Below are positions 16,857 to 24,234 of a stretch of 32,000 bases of DNA, piece after piece (position 1 is the stretch's first letter; each line of letters begins with the position of its first letter). The notes beneath the pieces are model-generated. The model worked only from the letters and a program-made list of their open reading frames with translations, was not told where the DNA came from and made no database searches. The position numbers and the translations under genes were made by a program. This stretch comes from Anabaena azotica FACHB-119 (GTDB lineage Bacteria > Cyanobacteriota > Cyanobacteriia > Cyanobacteriales > Nostocaceae): contig NZ_JACJSG010000005.1 of the NCBI RefSeq assembly GCF_014697625.1, positions 68,561-100,560 of the forward strand. The letters run 5' to 3'.

Positions 16857-18260
16857 ATGAACTTCAACTTGGATGAAGCAATAAAAACTGTAAATCAAGT
16901 AGTGTTTATCAAAGAAAAGAGAAAGTTAACAGATGTAGAAATTTTAGTTTTCAAAGGAGCTTGGCATAGACAAGAGTACGATCAGATTGCTGCCCAGAAT
17001 CAATACACAACAAGTTACATAAGTCAAGATGTTGCTCCTAAACTTTGGAAGCTTTTGACAGACTCTTTAGGAGAGAAAGTCAAAAAAAGCAACTTTAAAG
17101 AAGCCTTAAAGCGCTATTGGGAACAACAACAATTAGGGAATATTTTACTAGAACAAGCCCCAATTAACTTTGAAAGTCCTGAAATAATTTACAATGTCAC
17201 AGCTTATGAACAAAGTTTGGCTATTCAACAAAAGCCATCACTTCTAACTCCTGATATCTATGTAGAGCGCCCACCCATTGAATCTATTTGCTATAAAACC
17301 CTGTTGCAACCGGGATCGCTGATTCGCCTGAAAGCTCCCAGGTTGATGGGTAAAACATCTTTAATGACTAGGGTGCTGGCGCAGGTGGCTGAAGATGGCT
17401 ACCGGACTGCAAGTTTAAGCTTTGGGCTGGCAGATAGAAGAACCCACTTCACCAACCTCAATAAATTCCTGCGTTGGTTTTGCTTGAATCTCAGTCGAGA
17501 GCTAAAATTGCCGAGTGAGTTGGATGAATACTGGGATGAGGAAGGGATAGGAGCTAAGGTCAGTTGTACAACCTACTTGGAAGAATATCTGCTGGCGCAA
17601 GCAGACAGTCCTTTGGTTTTATGCTTAGATGATGTAGATTTGCTTTTTCCCTATCCAGAAATTTACGAAGACTTTTTTGGGCTACTGCGATCGTGGTATG
17701 AGAAAGCAAGAAGCCGCCAAACTTGGAAAAAATTGCGGCTGGTACTTGTCTACGGGACAGATGTTTACATCGAACTGAATATTAATCAATCTCCCTTTAA
17801 CGTGGGATTGCCCATTGAGTTACCAGATTTCACCCACTCTCAGCTACAAGACTTGGCTCTACAACATGGCGTAGAGGTTGATACAGATGAAGTTGAAATA
17901 TTAATGAACTTAGTGGGGGGACATCCTTATCTTTTAGAATTGACTTTAGCTCATCTTAAAAGTTATCCAGGCATTACCCTTAAGGAAATTTTGGCAACGG
18001 CGACGACAGAAGCGGGAATTTATGCTCACCATCTGCGGGATTTCTGGTTAAATCTGCAAGAGCATCCAGATTTGGCTTTGGCTTTTAAAAAAGTAGTTAC
18101 TTCTAATAGTCCTGTACAGCTAGAACCTATGCAGGCTTACCAGTTACAGAGTATGGGGTTAGTTAAACTTACTGGCAATGAGGTAGAGCCTCGGTGTTAT
18201 TTGTATCGCCAATATTTCTCTGAGCGCTTGGGGAATAGGCTTGAGACTGTCAAAAGCTAA
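16857..18260 (+). CDS. Cytoplasmic AAA-like (PF14516-type) NTPase with an N-terminal HTH-like helical domain
   Basis: The N-terminal ~90 aa (LTDVEILVFKGAWHRQEYDQIAAQNQYTTSYISQDVAPKLWKLLTDSLGEKVKKSNFKEAL) matches a module I have seen at N-termini of cyanobacterial AAA-like/WD40 proteins. Then IYVERPPIE, LIRLKAPRLMGKTSL (Walker A), LVLCLDDVDLL (Walker B) and SPFNVGLPIELPDF follow. This protein is a paralogue of the ATPase part of 6708-9026. Confidence 0.8.
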   Translation: MNFNLDEAIKTVNQVVFIKEKRKLTDVEILVFKGAWHRQEYDQIAAQNQYTTSYISQDVAPKLWKLLTDSLGEKVKKSNFKEALKRYWEQQQLGNILLEQAPINFESPEIIYNVTAYEQSLAIQQKPSLLTPDIYVERPPIESICYKTLLQPGSLIRLKAPRLMGKTSLMTRVLAQVAEDGYRTASLSFGLADRRTHFTNLNKFLRWFCLNLSRELKLPSELDEYWDEEGIGAKVSCTTYLEEYLLAQADSPLVLCLDDVDLLFPYPEIYEDFFGLLRSWYEKARSRQTWKKLRLVLVYGTDVYIELNINQSPFNVGLPIELPDFTHSQLQDLALQHGVEVDTDEVEILMNLVGGHPYLLELTLAHLKSYPGITLKEILATATTEAGIYAHHLRDFWLNLQEHPDLALAFKKVVTSNSPVQLEPMQAYQLQSMGLVKLTGNEVEPRCYLYRQYFSERLGNRLETVKS

Positions 18261-18304
18261 TTTTTGATTTGTGCGATCGCCTAATAATGTTTCCATATAA
18301 CTAT

Positions 18305-18334
18305 CATGGTGCGTTACGATGGTAACGCACCATG
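18305..18334. repeat. Perfect 13-bp-stem hairpin CATGGTGCGTTAC-GATG-GTAACGCACCATG between convergent genes (possible bidirectional terminator or RNA end stabiliser)
   Basis: Read directly. It sits in the 97-nt gap between the stops at 18260 (+) and 18358 (-). There is no flanking T-run on either strand, so it is not a canonical intrinsic terminator. Confidence 0.6.
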
Positions 18335-18357
18335 TATGCTAAAAGATAAGCGATCGC

Positions 18358-20259
18358 CTACACTGGATAGCTAGTTATGTCAACCAAACGTAAGCCTTGC
18401 TGGCTGACTTCCTTCCATTTGGCAGAGAAGCCCTTCCAGTCGCTATTCCACAAATAATATCCATCTTTACCAGCTCGGAACGCTCCAATAAAGAACCGTT
18501 TACCGTTCTGTACATAGGAATCTAGGCTAATTAGACGTAAGCCTTGCTTACTCAATTCCTCCCACTTAGCGATGAAAGCAGCCCATTCATAGGAATATAG
18601 AGCATAAGCATCAGTGCCAGAACCAAACACCCCATTAAATAACTGCTTACCACCCTGAGAATAGGTCGATACGTCAATCAATCGCAGTCCCTTCTTGCTT
18701 TCTGCCTCCCACTTAGCAGTGAATGCTTGCCAGTCCATACCAACCCACAGAGCATAAGGGTAGGTTCCAGCACGGAATACACCAGCATAGAGTTGTTTGC
18801 CTCCCTCAAAGTAGGTTTGCAAGTTAATCAAGCGGAGTCCCTTTTTGCTCAGTTCTTCCCACTTAGCCTTGAAATTGTCCCACTCTACGCCAACCCAGAG
18901 AGCGTGAGCATCTGTGCCGGCGCGGAAAACTCCAGAGTATAGCCGTTTATTTCCATCAACAAAAGTTTCTAGATCCACAAGCCGGAGTCCAGCATTAGAT
19001 AGTTCTTTCCACTTAACCAAGAAGCTATCCCAATCTCCTACCCAAAAAGCGTGGGGGTCATTTCCAGCACGGAAAACACCAACATAATTTCTGGGACTGA
19101 CAGGTGCGGTGGGGATCAGACCAGGAGCGTCTACCACCCATTGATATTTAACGGTGTATATCCCTCCGTGTCCTGTGAAGGTTAATGTACCAGGAGATGA
19201 AAGGCTGTTCCACCCTGATCTGTTAAGGTAAGCTGTCCCTTCTGCCGTTGGTAGATTAATGAGGGCAGCTCTGGGCGCAAAGATATCATCTTTAGCTAAA
19301 TCGGTGAGCCACTGTACAAACTTGTCCAGAACCCAGCCAAGGAATTTTCCTAAAACTTTGCCAATGATAGCCCCTATTGCACCACCTATGCCCCCGCCAG
19401 CAGCAGTCAGAGCATCTTCAATCCTGCGTTTGATTTCAGGGCCAGCTTTTTCCCAAGCATCTGTGAGAAAATCGGCAAACCCTCCCCAATCAATTTCGGC
19501 AAGATAGAGGATAGCTGCATAGTTTTTAGGCCAAAAAGAGGTCTTAGTGGTGTCAAATTGGTAGAACGTCTTACCTGGGAGGGGATAACTGACGACCGGA
19601 TTATCCTTTTCATCAAAATCCCCTTCTTTGTCTTTTACATCAAAAGGTTTGATTTTAAAGACATTCCCAGTTTCGTCTATTACCATGCCTCCGATTTGGA
19701 TTTCGTCATCCCCTGCTTCTGATCCAAATAAGCCGTCGGTTTCGTCAACGCACTTAACTTCGGTAATGTGAAATCCAACTGATTTGACTTTCGCCTGAGA
19801 TGTCCCGCCACTAAGTGCTTGTATGGCGATAGGTTCTGCAACTGCGGAAACAATATTTTGAGTTAGAGGCAGCGTCTCAATCTGTATGACTGCATCAAGA
19901 AGCTTGGCGGAATTGAGCTGTAATGCAGGTAGACGGGTAGCAGTAAAACCTTGTTGAGCGTAGTCGTCAAGACTAAGAGAAGCGTAACGCCCAAAAGATA
20001 ATTGTCGCTCGGCAGTTGGCTGGGCAGCAATAGCTCTGGCTATTGATTGATACCCCAGTCTTTTTTCTGGTTTGAGTGTCGCAATTGCCAATCGGAAACT
20101 TTCTTCGACACTATCCTGTGCAAATGGCTTATCTTGTCTGTTTGCAGCTGCCAAGAAGGAGTATTGCAGCCCTTGCAACACATCTTCAGCGATTTTTTGT
20201 AATTCGCTATCGCTAAAACTATCAACGGATTGGCGCTCTATCGTGTTAGCAATTACCAT
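18358..20259 (-). CDS. Hypothetical 633-aa cytoplasmic protein: unknown N-terminal region, acidic beta-rich middle, glycine-zipper amphipathic segment, five ~48-aa C-terminal tandem repeats
   Basis: No signal peptide. Middle region: VKCVDETDGLFGSEAGDDEIQIGG. Glycine-zipper segment: AAGGGIGGAIGAIIGKVLGKFLGWVL. Five repeats follow the pattern Y-GVFRAG-D--ALWVG-W--F-AKWEELSKKGLRL--L-TY--GGK-L. Confidence 0.8.
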   Translation of the reverse strand: MVIANTIERQSVDSFSDSELQKIAEDVLQGLQYSFLAAANRQDKPFAQDSVEESFRLAIATLKPEKRLGYQSIARAIAAQPTAERQLSFGRYASLSLDDYAQQGFTATRLPALQLNSAKLLDAVIQIETLPLTQNIVSAVAEPIAIQALSGGTSQAKVKSVGFHITEVKCVDETDGLFGSEAGDDEIQIGGMVIDETGNVFKIKPFDVKDKEGDFDEKDNPVVSYPLPGKTFYQFDTTKTSFWPKNYAAILYLAEIDWGGFADFLTDAWEKAGPEIKRRIEDALTAAGGGIGGAIGAIIGKVLGKFLGWVLDKFVQWLTDLAKDDIFAPRAALINLPTAEGTAYLNRSGWNSLSSPGTLTFTGHGGIYTVKYQWVVDAPGLIPTAPVSPRNYVGVFRAGNDPHAFWVGDWDSFLVKWKELSNAGLRLVDLETFVDGNKRLYSGVFRAGTDAHALWVGVEWDNFKAKWEELSKKGLRLINLQTYFEGGKQLYAGVFRAGTYPYALWVGMDWQAFTAKWEAESKKGLRLIDVSTYSQGGKQLFNGVFGSGTDAYALYSYEWAAFIAKWEELSKQGLRLISLDSYVQNGKRFFIGAFRAGKDGYYLWNSDWKGFSAKWKEVSQQGLRLVDITSYPV

Positions 20260-20460
20260 TGTCTGTAATATTCCTTTGTTTAATGGTTGTTTGAGAAAAT
20301 ATTGTTAAGATTTAGTCTGTTGCAGCAAAAACTTAGCTTGCTTGCCGAAATACGGTAGCGAGACTTAAGAATGGCGATCGCCTGTCTGCAATTAGTGCTA
20401 AACTTAGATGCGATCGCTGTTCGGCTTGGGTTTAAGCTTTTCCTTGACCGCTCATAATGT

Positions 20461-20541
20461 CAGTATGTCTGATAACTCAATTCAATAGTTGAGTCCAATT
20501 CAGGAGTATCAAAAAAAAATAAATTAGTTAAATTCAGGTAA
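20461..20541 (+). repeat. Repeat C, copy 2 (same orientation as copy 1)
   Basis: CAGTATGTCTGATAACTCAATTCAATAGTTGAGTCCAATTCAGGA...AAATTCAGGTAA is homologous to 16711-16783. It lies about 200 nt upstream of the start of the 633-aa gene, on the opposite strand. Confidence 0.75.
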
Positions 20542-20587
20542 TTTCTGGCTAATACCATTTTACGGAATGCCTGATACAGATACATGA

Positions 20588-20770
20588 GTAGGGGCGCACA
20601 GCACAGCTTCCCTACAGCCAATTCGTCCCACCGTAGGCGATCGCTCTGGTAAAATTATCGAAGCCCAAGGCTGGCAAGTAGACCGCAATGGTAACTTGGT
20701 TCTTGTTGCACACACACCTAATCTAACTCCACACAACTCAATGCTTAATTCGTCGGCTTGTGCAACCTTG
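20588..20770 (+). pseudogene. Orphan fragment resembling the C-terminus of a TpsA/hemagglutinin-like protein
   Basis: My + strand translation gives ...RPTVGDRSGKIIEAQGWQVDRNGNLVLVAHTPNLTPHNSMLNSSACATLGG. This parallels the C-terminus ERIVEAQGWIINKQGNVELIAYPSPVDCGWR of the 13156-15516 gene. An in-frame TGA lies at 20585-20587, and there is no start codon or upstream TPS domain. Confidence 0.4.
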
Positions 20771-20804
20771 GGGGGGGTAGAGAGGAGAATTGTTAGCAAC
20801 TTAT

Positions 20805-22244
20805 TTAATTTGCAGAAGATTCAGGTGATTGCACTTCTTGCGGGTTTTGGTCTGATGATGTAGGTTGTTCTCTAGTAGGTTGAGAGGTTTCGCCATTGTT
20901 AGTGACTGAAGGGGCTGAGTTAAATTCCCTTCTGCGTCTTCTATTGTTTGTTGGAGGCGAGGAGGAATTCTCAGTCGATGATGAAGTTGATTCTGTGGTT
21001 GATGGAGTAGGGATGTTTTCGTTAGTTCCGGTGAGTGACCTTCTTCTGCGGTTAGTTACTTGAGTCGAAGTATTGCTAGATTCAGCATTTCTTTGCTCTT
21101 CTTGTCTTTTTTTCTCTGCTTGTTCCACTTGACGAGAACGTTGCGAATCCCTGATTAATACATAATCAGCCGCAATAGTAACTCCCCGCCTACCAGCTGC
21201 ACTTTCCTTTAGTTTCCATTTTCGCGCTTGTGCCAAATGTTCTGCGTCTAATCTACCATTACCGCTAGAACTCACCAATCTAACATCAATAACGTTTCCC
21301 TGTGCATCTGTATCAACTTTTACTACTATTCTCCCTTTAACCCCTCTCTTTCTCGCCCATTCTGGATAACTACTATCACACTGACGACAAGCAGCACGAC
21401 CCTCAAGTTTGTCACTATTAAATCTTAAGTTAGGAGTTGTTGGTGCTGTTGCGATTCGTGAACCACTACCACTACCGTTACCACTACCGTTACCACTACC
21501 AGTACCGCTACCAGTACCGCTACCAGTACCGCTACCGCTACCAGTACCGCTACCACCGCCACCATTACCAGATATTCCTGTTGAGTTCGATGTTACTCCA
21601 CCATTATTTCTATTCGTCGTACCTTGAGAAGGTTGTGAAACCCCTTGATTTGTTCGATTATTTCTAATTCCTGCTAGCAATTTATCAACATTGGTACTTG
21701 CTTGTGGATTAGCTTGTATCGTTGTGCTGTTTGTAGGTGATGTTTGAGTTAGTATATTTTGGGGTTCAGGCGCTTTAGCTTGGGGCTGAGGTTCTGATGT
21801 TCTTTGTGAGGGTAAAGGTTGAAGTGGCTCTATTTTTGATGGTGGTTTTTCGACAACGCTAGATGGTTGAGTAGCAACTGGTGGATTTTGTGGTGATGGT
21901 GCTGGAATTTGAGATACAGCAGCAGGGCTTTTGATACTCGACCCACCACCACCGCCGCCACCAGAGGAGCTATTTGAAGTCGTTAAAATCTGAGATTTTT
22001 CAGGAATCTCAGGTTTTGGTGGTTCTACTTCTTGTGTAGGTTCCGGTTCTGAGGGAGTTTCTACAAGAGTTACTTCTAGGGGTTCTTCTGCAAATTCCGG
22101 CACTTTGAACAGTAGATTACCAACGCCAGAGACTAGCAAACCTATATGCAGAGCTAACGAGCCTAGCAAGCTATAAACTAAAAAAGTTTTGATAGTCTTT
22201 AATTCTTGTTCTCGCTGCCCTACAGCAGTGCCGGAAAAGCTCAT
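20805..22244 (-). CDS. tonB: TonB-family energy transducer with an unusually long low-complexity linker and a C-terminal tail beyond the TonB domain
   Basis: N-terminal TM (FLVYSLLGSLALHIGLLVSGVG), a Pro/Glu-rich segment (EPEPTQEVEPPKPEIPEK), poly-Gly, and a (GSGT)n stretch. The TonB C-terminal domain context is YPEWARKRGVKGRIVVKVDTDAQGNVIDVRLVSSSGN. About 115 further residues are rich in S/T/N/R/E. Divergent exbB-exbD lies next door. Confidence 0.8.
   Translation of the reverse strand: MSFSGTAVGQREQELKTIKTFLVYSLLGSLALHIGLLVSGVGNLLFKVPEFAEEPLEVTLVETPSEPEPTQEVEPPKPEIPEKSQILTTSNSSSGGGGGGGSSIKSPAAVSQIPAPSPQNPPVATQPSSVVEKPPSKIEPLQPLPSQRTSEPQPQAKAPEPQNILTQTSPTNSTTIQANPQASTNVDKLLAGIRNNRTNQGVSQPSQGTTNRNNGGVTSNSTGISGNGGGGSGTGSGSGTGSGTGSGTGSGNGSGNGSGSGSRIATAPTTPNLRFNSDKLEGRAACRQCDSSYPEWARKRGVKGRIVVKVDTDAQGNVIDVRLVSSSGNGRLDAEHLAQARKWKLKESAAGRRGVTIAADYVLIRDSQRSRQVEQAEKKRQEEQRNAESSNTSTQVTNRRRRSLTGTNENIPTPSTTESTSSSTENSSSPPTNNRRRRREFNSAPSVTNNGETSQPTREQPTSSDQNPQEVQSPESSAN
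21463..21569. repeat. Hexanucleotide/dodecanucleotide microsatellite-like tract (CCAGTACCGCTA and variants) encoding the GSGTGSGN linker of TonB
   Basis: Read directly. It encodes GNGGGGSGTGSGSGTGSGTGSGTGSGNGSGNGSGSGS on the - strand and generates two spurious + strand ORFs. Confidence 0.9.
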
Positions 22245-22359
22245 ATTTATTGCTATGTATTCTCAGTAACTTTGAGAGGATATCAAGAAGTATATGCAAT
22301 TGTCAATCATCTATTTGATATGTATTTGCTTAAGTCAATAGCGATCGCATCTAAAATAA

Positions 22360-22520
22360 CGTGAGTTCGACAAGCGTTGTTTTGACCTCACCCCCAACCC
22401 CTCTCCTACGAGGAGAGGGGAGTAAGACGGTGTTTTTTCGCCTCCTTCTCCTGACGGAGACGCTACGCGAAGGCCTTTTAGGAGAGGGAGGTTGGGAGGG
22501 AGAGGTTCATCGAACTCACG
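22360..22520. repeat. 161-bp highly structured palindromic element (MITE-like) in the tonB-exbB divergent intergenic region
   Basis: Ends CGTGAGTTCGA (22360-22370) and TCGAACTCACG (22510-22520) are perfectly inverted. The inner arms ACCTCACCCCCAACCCCTCTCCT and AGGAGAGGGAGGTTGGGAGGGAGAGGT also pair. A nested hairpin CCTCTCCT-ACG-AGGAGAGG is present. Confidence 0.8.
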
Positions 22521-22659
22521 TTAAAAGACTACCAATTTCCCAGGCTTTTACCCTAATCGTCACCTCATCAAAAGATGACTTTTGAGCTAAGATTAGGAAT
22601 TGATTGACAAAGATTTTCATTTATTCTAGAGTGTTTTGATATCTTATCTCATTTAACTT

Positions 22660-22781
22660 GGGACTTACGCAAGTGTCATATTCAAACTAAATGTGGGGTG
22701 CATCAGCCCCAATAATTTCGTACAAATTAGAGGATTTTTCACATCTGACGCACCCTACCCAGTGCCAGTTGCGTAAGTCTT
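22660..22781 (+). mobile_element. MITE-like element, family B, copy 3
   Basis: GGGACTTACGCAAGTG...TCTGACGCACCCTAC...CAGTTGCGTAAGTCTT is collinear with copy 2 and roughly four-fifths identical by eye. Confidence 0.8.
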
Positions 22782-22964
22782 GTAACTGAATAAGACACAA
22801 ACCAAAATGACTTAACCAAATGATTCATTGAGGCTAGGTAGAGGGCAAAGGAAGTCTAGCTGGCATTTCCATAACCGTATTCCTGACTCCAAACATGGAT
22901 CATTCTGCTTTGTATTGTCAGTTTTGAGTAAGTTAATTTCATCTAAAAGCTTGAGAAGTGGTAC

Positions 22965-23618
22965 ATGGACATCAAAAATTTGTTCATAGCTGGTGGTGTA
23001 GTGATGTGGCCACTGCTGGCTGCATCAGTAGTTGCGATCGCGTTAATTGCTGAACGCATCAGATTTTGGTTGAAAGTGAGTAGCCGTCAGCAAATAGTGG
23101 TCAGGGATGTATTAAAGCTATATCGCCAGGGGAATGTAGTTAGTACAATTGATGCCTTGCGAAAGAATGCAGATTTACCAATTGCCAGGATTTTTTTAAC
23201 AGCCTTGGAATTAGAAGAACCAAACCCAGAAGAATTTCGTTTGGCGTTGGAGAGTGAAGCACAGGCGGAAATTCCCCTACTTAAAAGGTTTACCACCATT
23301 TTCGACACAATTATTTCTCTTGCTCCTTTGCTGGGGTTGCTGGGAACAGTGTTAGGTTTAATCACTTCTTTTGCCTCTTTGAATCTTGGTGATGTTGGGG
23401 GAACAAAAACGGCAGGAGTAACTAGCGGTATTAGTGAAGCTTTAGTTTCCACAGCCGCAGGTTTAATTGTGGCAATTTTCACGCTCTTGTTCTCCAATAC
23501 GTTCCGAGGACTTTACCAACGACAAATGGCTTTGATTCAGGAATACGGCGGACAGTTAGAACTGTTGTACCGTCGCCGCTACGAACAGGGAGAAAAAGCG
23601 TATGCGTCTACAAGATGA
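22965..23618 (+). CDS. exbB: ExbB (MotA/TolQ/ExbB proton-channel family)
   Basis: Three TM helices and a conserved region (LLGLLGTVLGLITSF, GISEALVSTAAGLIVAI). ExbD follows directly. Confidence 0.88.
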   Translation: MDIKNLFIAGGVVMWPLLAASVVAIALIAERIRFWLKVSSRQQIVVRDVLKLYRQGNVVSTIDALRKNADLPIARIFLTALELEEPNPEEFRLALESEAQAEIPLLKRFTTIFDTIISLAPLLGLLGTVLGLITSFASLNLGDVGGTKTAGVTSGISEALVSTAAGLIVAIFTLLFSNTFRGLYQRQMALIQEYGGQLELLYRRRYEQGEKAYASTR

Positions 23619-24000
23619 GCCAGATATCCCAGCACAAATTAACATTGTGCCGATGATTGATGTGATATTTGCGATTTTGACATTTTTTATCATGTCAACT
23701 TTGTTTTTAACTCGTTCCGAGGGTTTACCAGTTAACTTACCCAAAGCCGCAACGGGGAAAACAGACCGTCCAGCACAGGTAACAGTGACGATTAATAAGA
23801 CTGGAGAAATATTTCTGAACAAGGAAGCGATTAGTTTAGAACAATTGGAAGCCGGAGTCAGACAAAAGATAGAACCCCAACAACAGTTACTGGTGGTACT
23901 CAATGCTGATGAGGGAGTTAATCACGGTAAAGTTGTGGCGGTGATGGATAAAGTTCGGCGGGTTGAGGGAGCAAAGTTAGGTATAGCTACGCGCAAATAG
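23602..24000 (+). CDS. exbD: ExbD (biopolymer transport protein ExbD/TolR family)
   Basis: INIVPMIDVIFAILTFFIMS TM, then LPVNLPKA and VVLNADEGVNHGKVVAVMDKVR. It overlaps exbB by 17 nt. Confidence 0.88.
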   Translation: MRLQDEPDIPAQINIVPMIDVIFAILTFFIMSTLFLTRSEGLPVNLPKAATGKTDRPAQVTVTINKTGEIFLNKEAISLEQLEAGVRQKIEPQQQLLVVLNADEGVNHGKVVAVMDKVRRVEGAKLGIATRK

Positions 24001-24013
24001 TAAAGATAGGGGA

Positions 24014-24150
24014 CAGGTTACAGGTTACAGGTGAGTCCAGTCCTGTAGGTGGGTTTCCCGCCATAGGGAACTGGCGAACCCGGAGGGTGACAGAGTTAAA
24101 AGTCTTGGCTATTGCTAAATAGCAGGTTACAGGTGACAGGTTACAGGTGA
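24014..24150. repeat. Two short STRR blocks (CAGGTTA/CAGGTGA; 24014-24034 and 24123-24150) flanking a ~90-nt unique core
   Basis: Read directly, immediately downstream of the exbD stop codon. Confidence 0.85.
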
Positions 24151-24234
24151 CAAGCACAGCATTACCTAGAAACAGAAAGACTCTGAAAATATAACTACGG
24201 TCAGCAAAAATACCGTTAGAAAAGATTACATAAA

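Noticed and set aside
10174-20259. Bacterial gasdermin plus CHAT protease pore-forming system
   Set aside because: The CHAT protein appears exported (signal peptide). No ~250-300-aa gasdermin-like gene lies adjacent. The 633-aa glycine-zipper protein does not look like a gasdermin N-terminal domain by eye. The idea is kept only as a loose analogy.
20560-20799. 79-aa ORF on the - strand next to tonB
   Set aside because: The opposite strand shows similarity to the C-terminus of the TpsA-like protein. The - strand ORF has no recognisable features and is probably an antisense artefact of that remnant.
21409-21667. Two + strand ORFs (PLPLPLP and YRYHYRY repeats) inside tonB
   Set aside because: They are antisense read-through of the hexanucleotide repeat that encodes the TonB GSGT linker.
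22361-22585. 74-aa ORF (SPPTPLLRGEGS...LGEGGWEGEV)
   Set aside because: It is a translation of the 161-bp palindromic repeat element. The peptide is low-complexity and mirrors the inverted repeat.
22780-22964. Fur box upstream of exbB (AAATGATTCATTGA) and upstream of tonB (TTGTCAATCATCTATTTGATA)
   Set aside because: These are only short AT-rich partial palindromes. By eye the match to the 19-bp GATAATGATAATCATTATC consensus is too weak to call without a matrix scan or binding data.
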